A DNA stretch of 47,627 nt, the filler included, from Jimgerdemannia flammicorona (taxonomy: Eukaryota): assembly GCA_003990765.1 (NCBI GenBank). It is 2 parts of 2 records of this genome, joined end to end, with 100 filler letters (N's around TTAATTAATTAA, not from the genome) between each part and the next. Parts side by side here need not be neighbours in the genome. Positions count along the whole stretch, not along the records: positions 1 to 23,771 come from RBNJ01001068.1; 1 more part is not named here. One strand, 5' to 3'. Each line of letters starts with the position of its first letter. Position 1 is the first letter of the stretch. Under the pieces are notes generated by a model that had not been told where the DNA came from, ran no database searches, and was given only the letters and a program-made list of their open reading frames with translations. Position numbers and translations under genes: made by a program. Shown piece by piece: positions 1 through 11,089 of the stretch.

Positions 1-1440
1 TTTTTTTTTATTTTACGGACTCATGTCCCGTGGATTTTTATTCAAAGGGAACCTAGACTATATAAGCCAAAACCCTCCCCCACCACCCACCAAGCACTGC
101 CCCCCCCATTAACCTAGGCTAGCTATTGTCCAGCAGCTCAACCATACCAGACACAGCAGGGCTGATAAGCCTGCACCTCATTCTGCGCACTATGCTCTCC
201 CTACTACCAGGGGAAATCCAACCATATGCCGATGAACAAAAGCATATGCCTGAGAACCCAAATATATACAAGACCACACCCGAGCCAAATAGAATAGCCC
301 CTGCCATCCCAAAGAGAATGACAGGCAAATAAAAAACCCTCATCAAAGTGTAATACAGTAGGTAGGGCCTGGTTCTCTTAGTCAAAGTGAGTAAAGGACT
401 TATACATGAGGTGGGAGGAAACCCCCAATACCCCACTACTCAAGTCTGTGGGCCTCGATCACATTGCTGTGTCAGCTCCCGGTTCTAGTTGAGTATAGCC
501 AAGATGTCTGAAATGGGTAGCCTTGGCCCTCCTGACCCCCCCTGATGACTGGGGCCCAACCCTGCTGACCGCCAAAAGAAGCCGATAGTAACACCTACCA
601 CCTAACCATACTACACCAATCAAAAGGCCCCACCAAAGCAGCACCTGCCCTAGCCCAGATGACTGCCCCCAGCCTGGCACCCTACTGGTTTACCGTAATC
701 GCCCTTCTACCTATCTGTGATGGCCATCTCTCCTCCCATCCCAACAACACCTGACAAGCAGTCACCTACGCCAGAACCGCGCTCGCTGGGAAGCTCGCCA
801 AAGCCAGAGGGCCCCACCACAGGCACCGAGGACCTGCAGGTAACCTATACTGAGCACTTGATGCCCAAGGTTGGCCAACTCCCTATGTAGCCCGAGACAC
901 ACTGAGACAACTCCTTGTTGGCGATGGCAAAAGGAAGAAGGCACCGCACCAAAAGAGGTACACTCCAGACGCAGCTGAAGGCACCAGAATCTGCAAAAAA
1001 GTGGAGGAAGCACCTATCCGACACTGATAAAGGAGCAACTCATCACCATTACCCTCCTCCCACCATGCCCCTGCAGGCACAGCAAACCAACCCAAGGTAG
1101 AGGGGGTAATATTAGGGGAAAGGGGACTCAGAAGGTCGCCTACCAAACCTTGTGACTGGTAAGGTAGTGGAGAAAGAGGCTGAGGGACCAGGTCCTCTCC
1201 CAGTCCCACTGGATACTGATCCTCCTCCAAAGTCTTCCCCACTCTTCAATCCTCCAGAAGCCCCTATTCTCAGTCTATAACCTCTCTTTACCTTTTGCCA
1301 GCCAAAAGCCCCAGGTCTACCCGATCCAGTATGTATATCAGAACTCTTGCTTGATGATATTGTTATGGTATCTTTATTCTGAATTATGTCAAAAACTATT
1401 GCTTAAAGTTGATATAATATGAATTATATAGAAGAAAGGT
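1..1440 (-). mobile_element. Internally deleted or chimeric LINE derivative: family-A 5' end joined to a different poly(A)-tailed 3' segment
   Basis: Reverse complement of ~1210-1440 aligns with 12923-13150 (ACCTTTCT..AACTTTAAGCAAT..ATATCATCAAGCAAGAGTTCTGAT..GTAGACCTGGGGC; peptide TGSGRPGAFGWQ). 1-1200 is a Trp/Gly-rich stop-interrupted frame ending in AATAAA and an A-tail (T-run at 1-9). Confidence 0.65.
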
Positions 1441-1740
1441 GGCCATTCTTTGATATATAGCTCTAAGTTATACAATTATTATAACTGATGAGCTTACTTT
1501 GTAAATTCTATTTGAATAGAGAGATATGAGACTATATTAGAATCTTAACTGCTTATAACTGATAACTATCCTTATGCCTGACCACCCTTATGACTGATGA
1601 GACCAACTATCTCTATAAATACAACCAGTAGCATAATATATAAAACTATCTTAGTGGTATGATTTCATATTTAGCTATTACTAGATTTGAGTTTTATTTT
1701 TATTCTTATACTCATTGGTAATAATGAACTAGTGGAGATA

Positions 1741-1806
1741 TCTAATATATCCTCTGATATATCCTCTGATATATGCTCTAATATATGCTCTGATATATCA
1801 TCTAAT
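1741..1806. repeat. 12-bp tandem repeat (TCTGATATATCC-like, ~5.5 copies)
   Basis: tctaatatatcc tctgatatatcc tctgatatatgc tctaatatatgc tctgatatatca tctaat read directly. Confidence 0.8.
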
Positions 1807-2227
1807 GGTTTCAAGATTTCTCCTAAATATACTTCTTGATCTTTAGATATTTTGAATAGTATTTAATAATGACAGAGACTGAGAATATGAGTGAGAGGCT
1901 GAGAGCTAGAAAGTGACTAAGAAGTGGTGAGCTAAGTAGTAGCATATTGAGAAGTAAGCTAGGAGAGTAGTAAACTAGGGGGCAGATATTTAGAGATAGA
2001 GAGTTAGGGGTTATGAGCAGTATGGGAAACCCAAAACTATGAAGCCTAGAACAGGGGTCTGCAAGCCAATGGACAGCAAAATGGAGAGCAACAAGGTTGT
2101 GATATAAGATATAATAGCCAAAGATCAATTGTAGATAGAGAGTGAATAAATAAATATACATAGATGATAAACTGATACCTATCTGTAAATAACAAATACT
2201 TTGAAGAGTCAGCTATAGGCCCCAATT

Positions 2228-2345
2228 AAGTAAGATTTGCAATGATGTTTGAGTGAGATTTAAAGTAAGATTTGTAGTAAGGTTTAAGTGAGATTAGCAG
2301 AAAGATTAAAGCAAGATTTGTAAGTGATATTTGAGTGAGATTTGT
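2228..2345. repeat. Degenerate ~11-12-bp tandem repeat (AGTRAGATTT core)
   Basis: Recurrent aagtaagatttg / gagtgagattt units. Confidence 0.55.
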
Positions 2346-3064
2346 ATAAACCAGGCTTTGCAAGCCTTACACTTGTAACTGTATAAGCTCAGTCTAATAA
2401 GTTGATATAATATATATAAGCTAATATAATATGATACATATTAGCTATTAGCTGAGCAGAGCAAAGCATATACTTATACTTATACTTATGCTTACAATTT
2501 GGAGCTTTTCTCACTATATTTCATCTCTTGCATTCTACTCCTCTTGTATAACTCTCATATATTTCTCCACCTCACTCACTCGCATTTCTCAGATTGCAAA
2601 CAATATGCAATTTAGAAATAGTTTTCAAAAGAGATTTCAAAGTGATTCTAAAAGAGCTTCTGAAAGAGATTTTGAAGAGATTCCAAAAGAGATTCTGAAA
2701 GATATTATAGCTTTTGAACATTTAAGATATTGAAAGCTTACTTTTATCTCTAGTTCTTTTTGCCTTATTCTTTACTTCACCTCATCCTTTACTTTATCTT
2801 ACTTAAATCACTACTATATTGAGAACATATAGATATAACTGCCCAGTTAATAAGTATTTATCTGGTCCCACCCAAGCTTGATATACTTCAATTCACTATT
2901 CCAAAGCTTGGTACCTTAAAGATATCTAACTTACTGATACCCAGTTAGCTGTGCTTGCCAATACCTAAGTTGCTAAGCTCACTGATCTCCAGCTAGACCA
3001 CCAGCTCACTGCTGGTCCACAAGTTCAAGATCACTATCAGATTTCAATAATATAGCTTGAAAAA

Positions 3065-4015
3065 GTTAGTTTTTTTTTTTTTTTTTTTAAATCAATATCT
3101 GAATTTTTTTCCTAATAATATTCAAAATATACATATCCTCTAGCTTCTAAGCCTGGGCCAGAGTACAAATCTTTCTATAATTATCATTTTTGCCATCAAG
3201 TTTGCCCAAGTACTATCTGGAAGTATTGCCAAACCAATTTCTCAGATACCTCAAACTTTACAGAGAAAAGGTCTTACAAATCAAACATTAGGTATACTTT
3301 CACTATAGTTAATAAATGCATTAAGAAAGTACATGATGACCAATTGAGGTAAGAAGTCATGAAGATGATAGAAAACTATGTAAAAATTATAGAATATTCA
3401 TTATACCATACCAGCTTTAAGATAAATGCCAAAGTATGAAATAAGTGAGATTGTCTAGATAGAATTGTTATTATAGATAAATATGAAAAACAGCTGTCCA
3501 TATTTGAACAAGTATTAGTAAAAAATAACAAAATGCTTTATATATAACAAAGGATGGCAGACTTATGTATTTTATTAAGAGAGGTGGCAGTTGAGGAGAT
3601 AGAGAGGTGGAAGAGGTCAGTGTCAGTAGAGAGGTTGGTGCCAGTAGAGTAGTTGGTGGAGAGGTCAGTATGAGAGAGATTGGTGCAGGTGAGGTTAGTG
3701 TGAGAGAGTTCAGTATAAGTAAGGTTAGTGTGGGGGAGATTAGGATAAGTGAGATTGGAACAGGTAATATTAATATAAGGGAGATTGATAAGAGAGATCA
3801 GTATAGAGAAGATTAGTATGAGAGGTCAGTGCAAAAGAGATCAGTATAGAGGAATATAGAAAGGTTGGTACAGAGGAGATCAGTATAGAGAAATATAGAG
3901 AGATCAGCATAGTAGATGAAATGAAGGTTAGCATAGAGAAGATCAGTACAGAGAAGAATATAGAGGAGGAGAATATAGAGGAAAGCAGTTCAGAATATAT
4001 GGAGGAGGAGGATCA
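3065..4015 (+). pseudogene. Possible decayed intron-containing gene of unknown function with a low-complexity repeat tail
   Basis: GTTAGT donor at 3065 with T-tract and CTCTAG acceptor at 3143. Then a ~150-codon frame (YKSFYNYHFCHQVCPSTIWKYCQ...EVAVEEIERW) with only 4 stops, followed by 15-bp GAGAGRTCAGTATAG-like repeats (3590-4015). Confidence 0.3.
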
Positions 4016-4269
4016 GTTGGTTTATAGTAATGAAGAGTATAATATATTTATACTGATAAGTTCTTTATTTTTCTGATTTACTTCCTATTTATTTCCAATT
4101 TTAATTTGATTTCTGATTTCTTATTATATTTCTGTTTATTTATTCTAAATATATATCTTAGATATATATATATATATATATTTTTTAATACTTTGTAGCT
4201 TAAAGGTTGATTAAAGATAGGTTTGTATTAGGTTAAATATAGATCAGAGTCAGTTTATATATATTTCTT

Positions 4270-4445
4270 CGATTGGGTTAAAGATATATTACATATAATT
4301 TCAGGTTAGGTTAAAGATAGGTAATATATATTTTCAGGTCAGGTTAAAGATAGGTGATATATCATTCTAGATCAGATTAAAGATAGATAATATATATTTT
4401 CAGATCAGATTAAGGTCAGGTTAAATATATATAAATATCAGCTCA
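4270..4445. repeat. ~33-bp tandem repeat (TTTCAGGTYAGGTTAAAGATAGGTAATATATA, 4-5 copies)
   Basis: Units visible at ~4299, 4332, 4365 and 4398, with progressive G>A decay. Confidence 0.7.
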
Positions 4446-4463
4446 GGTTATGATACACTATAT

Positions 4464-4537
4464 AGGGGGCTGCATAGTGGGCTGGGATACTGTATTTATA
4501 TTTGATAGACTAGTACTAAATAGTGAAGTCTAAGAGA

Positions 4538-4610
<73 letters not shown>
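4464..4610 (+). mobile_element. Extremely 5'-truncated LINE (family A 3' tip plus 70-nt poly(A))
   Basis: GCTGCATAGTGGGCTGGGATACTGTATT..ATAGACT..TAAATAGTGAAGT..AAGAG matches the LINE 3' end at ~20688-20753 (GCTGAATAGTGGGCTGTGATACTGTATT..ATAGACT..TAAATAGTAAAGT..AAGAG). A-run 4541-4610; possible TSD ACTATAT (4457-4463 / 4610-4616). Confidence 0.75.
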
Positions 4611-4612
<2 letters not shown>

Positions 4613-5779
4613 ATATTCTAAAAAAAAAAGAAAAAATGCAAATTAGAATAAAATACAATATATAATATATTCAAAAACTAGAACTATATATAACTGAAAT
4701 TACTATTTCAAAATCCTATATTTAAGGAATTTTTGTAGATTGAAAAATATTCTGAAAAGTGCAAAATATCTACTTATAGATAAGTGATATTAATATATAC
4801 TTAATATTAGTATTTTGAGAGCCTGAAAAATACTGATTAGCTATTAAACTTTGTCTATACTTCTGCTTAATCTAATGCCATTACTATAGCAATTACTTTT
4901 ATTATATCTTTAGAATATATATTATTATTAATACTACTAGTACTGCCTATAGTACTAATTTATAGTACTTATTACTATATTTTTAAAAATATATTTGACA
5001 TCAAATTTGATATATTCACTGGATATTATTGATAGTATCTAGACTACTAACATTATTGATAGTGCTTATACTAAGCTTGGGTTTAAGTTTATCTATATTA
5101 CTCTTATTTATAATTTACCTCATCTGGACTTATTGGTTTCTTTCTGATCTTATCAGTTATATAGGTCTTTTCTATAACCTTTTTGCTAACCATATTACTG
5201 ATCTTGTTTGCTATATCTATACTTTTGACCTTAGATTCAAATTTATCTCTATTGATCTCATTACTAGTCTTATATATACTAACTTTGTTATAATTTCCTT
5301 TATCTCTTAGAAGGACCTCAGAATTGCCTTGATACTAGAGTAAACTTTATCTATTATTTGGGAAGACTTATAATTACCTTGAATATCTAAGTAGCCACCT
5401 TTGTTATAATTATCTTCTACAATTAGGAAGGACTTTTTTATTATTATTAGCAGGCTTCTTCAGTATATCTGGATTGGTAATAACTATATTCATTATTTTG
5501 AATTTATCTGGAATTGTTCTTTTGACTATACTTATAGCAGGAACTATATTTCTATTATAGAGAGTCATTGTAGAGATACTCATCTTAGTACTCTGACTTA
5601 TACCTATATTTATTAATATAGAAGATAAACTAGAGATATTCTAGCAACTAACTGATATCTACTAACTAGGCTATATTGCAACTTAGTTATTAGCAGAGTT
5701 TATAATCTTTATTATATAATAGTGGATTCATAAGAGACTGTATAGTTGAAATGATTTATTCAAAATATATAAGTTGTTT

Positions 5780-6755
5780 TTTTATATATCTAATAGTAGG
5801 AAAATAATAAATATCAATAATCAAAACTATATATCTGAAATTTCAATATATATTAAACTATACTAAAGCTAGATAACAAGTCTCTAACATACTAAATAGA
5901 ATAACAGATAAAGAAAAAAATCTCTAAAAGATATAGAAAAGTAGATAGAATCTAGTTCTCTCTAATAAGATAAGTAAAGAACTTATATATAAGATGAGAA
6001 AAAACTTTTAATATCTTATAACTCAAGTCTGTAGCCTTAATTATATAACTATATTAGCTTATCTCTAGTTAAATATAGTCTAAATATCCAATCTAAGTAG
6101 TCTTAGATCTATTAATAATTCTAAATAATTAAAAATCAACTCTATATATTACTAAGAGTAGCCAAGTATAATATCAACTATCTAAATCTAATACAAATCA
6201 GAAGGCCCATCAATATAGTATCTGTCTTAGTTTAGATGAATATTACTAATTTAATATATAATGATCTATCATAATTACTCATTTACTTATCTGTAATAGT
6301 CATCTCTACTTCCATCTCAATACTATCTAAAAAGTAGTTATCTGTATTAGAATTATACTCACAGAGAAGCTCATTAAAGTTTGAAAATCCTACTATTAAT
6401 ATCAAGAATCTGTAAGTAATCTGTATTAATAATTAATACCTAAAATTGACTGACTTTTTATCGAGTCTATAATATATCTAAACAATATCTTATTAGTTAA
6501 AATAAAAGAAAGAGATACTATACTAAAAACAAAAATACTTCAGATATAGTGAGAGATATCAGAAACTATAATAGGGTAATGAAAGCATTAATTTAATACT
6601 AATAAAGGAGCAACTCATCACTATTATCTCCTTTTTACTATCTTATAATAGTTATAGCAATCTAATCTGGGGTAGAGAGAGTATAAGTTATAAAAAGAGA
6701 ACTTAGAAGGTAATTTATCAAAATCTTGTAACTGATATAGTAGTAGAGAAAGAAT
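5780..6755 (-). mobile_element. Heavily mutated homolog of the element at ~190-1180
   Basis: Colinear over ~1 kb, e.g. ATAAAGGAGCAACTCATCAC at 1028 and 6602, ACTCAAGTCTGT at 438 and 6021. Differences are overwhelmingly C>T and G>A. Confidence 0.8.
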
Positions 6756-7463
6756 CTATACTTTAAAAGTTCTTTATTAGTTATTTATAATTTTTATATT
6801 ATTTTATTAAAGTTATAAAAATTATATATTTCTTGTATTATTGATGAAAATAATATAATTTATCTCAATAGAATGAAGTATAAAGTTACATACTTATATA
6901 TTGAGTTACTATTTCAATTAATTGTTTTTTAATTTTTTTTTATATATATTTTTTAATTAATATAAAATTCTAAAAATATAAAATAATTAGGTAATTATAT
7001 AGAGATATACAAGAGATAGAATTTTCTCCAAACTAGATATAATAACACGGAAAAATTGCACTAGAGTCAGTGAGGTCAGGACCAGAAGACAGCTATATGG
7101 GAAATTATACTATTGGGGTTTTAAATAGATTCTAGTTATATTTACCATTAACAGCTGTAATATAGTACTGAAATTCCTTGAATACAATGATACTAGGGGA
7201 ATGCATGATATTTGTGGAGGAATTCATAAGGAGAACTTTTATAGAATAAAGGTAGATTGGAGATTATTTATGGACGTTGAGCTAAGAAGGTAGAGTATGA
7301 CAAATTAGCTGTTGCAGTGATAATTTTGGTCACCCATTTCTGTGACTGCCCACGACGGTTAATCCTTGTTATATATATATATACTTTTATTTGTTTTTAA
7401 CGTCGTACCTTGTTCTTTGTTGTTCCTTCACAAACTGTCTCGGACGCCTAGCTGAATCATTTA

Positions 7464-7545
7464 GTAAGGTCCTGATCTCTTGTCATTTCCAGCTTCACAC
7501 TTTGACCTTGGTTATTCTTTCGCTCATTCTCTGTCCGTTTTTTAG
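7464..7545 (+). other. Putative 5'-UTR intron of the CRN gene
   Basis: GTAAGG donor at 7464, pyrimidine-rich interior, TTTTTAG acceptor ending at 7545, 8 nt before the ATG (AAAATGG context). Confidence 0.5.
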
Positions 7546-7553
7546 AATTCAAA

Positions 7554-7900
7554 ATGGGCGACACTGTTACCCTCACTTGTTACACTCCCAGCACGCGGTC
7601 CATCTTTGACGTCATCATTGAGAAGGCGCACTCCGTTGCAAATCTCAAGCACCATCTATGGGAAAGGAAGGCATCGACCTTCCCCGACACTGACCCGGAG
7701 GATCTCCAAATCTATCGTGTGAATATTTCTTGCGATTCTAGCAATGCCACCTTCGACGCTCTTCAGCGCGAATACAGACCAGACATCGAGTTGCTTGGAG
7801 GTGAGGAATTACATCCAACGCAGAAAATATTTGAGGCGTTTTTCAATGTCCCCCAAGAAGGAAGACATATTCATGTGATCGTGGTGGCTCCTGGTACGTC

Positions 7901-7978
<78 letters not shown>

Positions 7979-10082
7979 CGTTACTTTATTAGATTGCGAT
8001 TAGATTTGCTTTTTATTTCTACCTTCGCGTGTCCTATCTTCGGGAACTCGATTAGCACTCTTATCTGTTTCTCTCTGTAACTGTGCTTTCGCTGCTTTGA
8101 TTCTCCTTAACTATCAACACATCAAGGTACGTGCATACTCTAATTAGGGTTTGGGAAGAAAAGAACTGCAAAGAGTGGAGAGGATATACAAAAGTTCATA
8201 GAACTAGGGTTTCCAAAGACTTTCGTATTCCGTGTCTATGTATATATCTATTTTTACTGAAGCTTTATATTTTGTTTCTTATATTTTATTTCACATTCTA
8301 CATGGATTCTACCCTATTCGTTCATTAGTGCTGTGGTACCGGTGGGAGAACCAAAAGGAACCTGGGACATTATCAACAAAATTGTTGACTAAATGCGTCA
8401 ATTTGGGAGGCCTTGCCGTTGAACTTTCTCACAGTAACCCGTACGCCCAAAACCTTTATCCATTTGAGATCTCCTTTGTTGAAAGTGATGATCTCCGCCG
8501 CACCAAAATCCTTCGCAGGGGCATTCCCCTTCGTGAGCTGAAAACATTTGACGAATCTCCTCTCATCATTCGTTTTCCATTCTCGGGGCGTTCCGGTGAG
8601 TCAAGTTATTTCTCTCTCTCTGATAGTGCCAGTAACCTAAACAACGTGGTTTTGCTTTTTATACGAATTTGTAATTAAGCCATTGCTTATTCGACTTCAT
8701 CGTACCTTATAGTACATGTGAATCTCAAATTTCTTAACGTTCCCGTTGCGATAATTCTTGGCCACGATACCGGGTCGTGGCATATGCTTTTGGATGGCAC
8801 CAAGAAGAAATATCCGAAGTTGGAAGAGGCCGAGAATGAAATCTACTATGTTGACGCAAAGAAAAATATTATCGAAAATGATTTTACTTTCAACAACTAT
8901 TTGAAGAATGCTCCCTTGAACGATCAAGATGAAATTTGTCTCACTTTTTTTGTTCGAATCAAAGGTGCCTTTTTTTTTTTTTTTTTTTCGAATTTGTAAA
9001 AATGTTGCTGTACTGTTATGGAATTTTTACACTCCTCTTACATACTATTTCTTAACGCTCTTCGGATAGGCAAGAGAGCTTACGGCGAGTGGGACGCAAA
9101 AGACGTGATCCGGGAGATCTTGCACCAACAATATGCGAACATCACCTTCTTGCCTGAATTCGACATAGGTAAAGTTTTCACGTCACGCTCTTCCCGTTTT
9201 TATGAATCAGCATTGTTACTGCGTCACTGCATTTTTATTAATTGATCGGGATCTTTTCTCGTAGAGGACGCCTTGGAGAACGAAGTCGAGATCACCGACG
9301 ACGATAAGCGGACTTTCGTCACTGCCCTCAACGAAATTACAAAAGCATTCCATTATTTGGTAACCAGCGACGAAGCTACAGCGCGGAATTACATAAACCC
9401 TTTTATGATCAAGGCAGTTGCTATTGTCCAACGTAAACATCCTTCGGCCCGTCTCGCAGTAGAAGTGGACTTCGATGGAAGTCGCGGCTTTGGACGTCTA
9501 GACTACGTGATATTTCTGCTCGCATTTGCGGTACTTGTGACGGAGGCCAAAATGACCGAAGTTAATAAGGGAATAACACAAAATCTTTTACAACTTCATT
9601 CTGCGGCAGAGGTATGCAACGTTGTTGCTTTTAGACAGGTTCTACTTTATTTCTCCATATTCAAGTCTCATTAAGCCTTTCCAATTTAATTACATATTTC
9701 CCAGAATATTCGCAAGCGCAAGCGTAAAGAGTCACATCACCCCACTGATTATCTCGCCAATGTGTATGGGATAGTCACGACTGGATTGGAGTGGCGATTC
9801 ATTCGCTGGTCGGACACACTGGAATCCCCGAAGGTGGTTATTTCCAAACCTTACAGGTGTACATTTAACGGAGAAGGCATGGAGGACGCCGAGAAGGTGC
9901 TCTCTATCATAATCCGCATAATTCATTCGCAAGCCATTTTCGTGGAATCGCAAATCGGAAGCAGCGAAGGAATATATGAAGTGGCAATGAAAAAAGATAA
10001 TGTCCTAAGACCATCTCAACACCAACGCTCTGTCAAGGACGACGAGGAAATCGTAGAACCTGAACAAAGTCTTTTTGAGTGA
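7554..10082 (+). CDS. CRN: Crinkler (CRN) family effector-like protein with C-terminal PD-(D/E)xK restriction-endonuclease-like domain, ~560 aa, 6 exons
   Basis: Exons 7554-7893, 8329-8595, 8713-8964, 9070-9168, 9265-9611, 9705-10082. All GT-AG and phase-compatible; total 1683 nt = 560 aa + stop. The N-terminus has CRN hallmarks (F-x-V-x-I..SVANLK..LQIYRVNI as the LxLFLAK/LWKV-equivalent; HIHVIVVAP as HVLVxxP). The C-terminus has GFGRLDY..VTEAK..GITQNLLQ, RKRKRK and YGIVTTGLEWRF. Confidence 0.9.
7903..7978. repeat. 76-nt poly(T) tract in CRN intron 1
   Basis: Uninterrupted T-run beginning 9 nt into the intron; it explains the spurious poly-Phe in the ORF track. Confidence 0.95.
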
Positions 10083-11089
10083 TACAGCATGGACGGAGGA
10101 TTGTTTTGTGAAAATGTTTGAAGTTGTCTCCTCTTCCTCTCGTTTTGCTTGCGAATAGTTTTGTAATTGTATTTCAAATTGTCATGCTATGTTTTGTCAA
10201 TGGAAGAAAGTCATCTCAGAATGTTGTGTTTTAGTTTGAATTATGACATCTCTCTCAATAACACGCTCTTCCGGAGTAGTCGAATATTGATACTGAGGTG
10301 GTTTACAAATGCAGAAAGATGCATAATCGGCAATGTTCCTTGGAAAATAATTTTTTTCGTTAGTAATTGGCTTTCGTTTTGATGTTTGTAGGGAAGAATT
10401 TTTTACAATAACTCTATTTACATATATATCTTAAGAGCATCAACTTGTTGTTCACCTATTTCTATTTTAATAATATGAAAATAATCTGGTACTCCATATT
10501 TAAAATATTAAAATAACTATTTATAAGTATCTGTATTTAACTAATTCTATCTAAAATCTCAATCATTCAACTTCTGAATAAAGCCAAAGTAGATAATCTG
10601 CAACTATATTTATAATATAATATTCTTATAAATGAGGTAAATTTATTTACTATAATTATAACTGGGGTGATAAAAAATAAAGATATATAATATTATTATA
10701 ACTGCTATATACATATATAAATATAAAATAATAAGTATCATCAATAAGAAGTTAATCTAGGAGATAGTACTAATAATAATGAGAAAACCTTCTATAACTT
10801 ATAAAGATAAAACAGAATTAAGAATAAATAAGGTCTAAAAATAAGTCAATAAGTCTAAAGTGTGATTAAAAAAGATTTAACAGTTATGGTAATTATTATA
10901 GAAAGTATAAATATATAACTATTATAATGATGAAAGAGTAGTAAAATTTATTATTAATAAGAGAATAATAAAGCCAGTATAGATAGTAATATAAATAGTA
11001 CTAAAACTAGTAAAAATAGGATTCTATTCTTTACCTAAGTAATATATATTAGTGATAATATTTTTTTTTAATAAATGAAAAATTATACT

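Noticed and set aside
119..436. Hydrophobic ORF as a membrane protein (likewise 5029-5310 and 18497-18703)
   Set aside because: Lies within decayed repeats; hydrophobicity follows from T-rich composition; not conserved in the second copy.
4270..4445. CRISPR-like array
   Set aside because: Repeats are adjacent without unique spacers, there are no cas genes, and the context is eukaryotic.
4620..5770. AT-rich tract, probably another TE relic (also 6760-7330 and 10400-11080)
   Set aside because: Too decayed to assign by eye; no motif I can support.
7894..8003. Poly-Phe C-terminus of the 149-aa ORF
   Set aside because: Read-through into intron 1 (GTACGT donor at 7894, poly(T) tract).
8056..8126. 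Possible extra coding micro-exon (AG at 8055, GTACGT donor at 8127)
   Set aside because: Inclusion shifts exon 2 out of frame to an early stop; at most an alternative non-coding exon.
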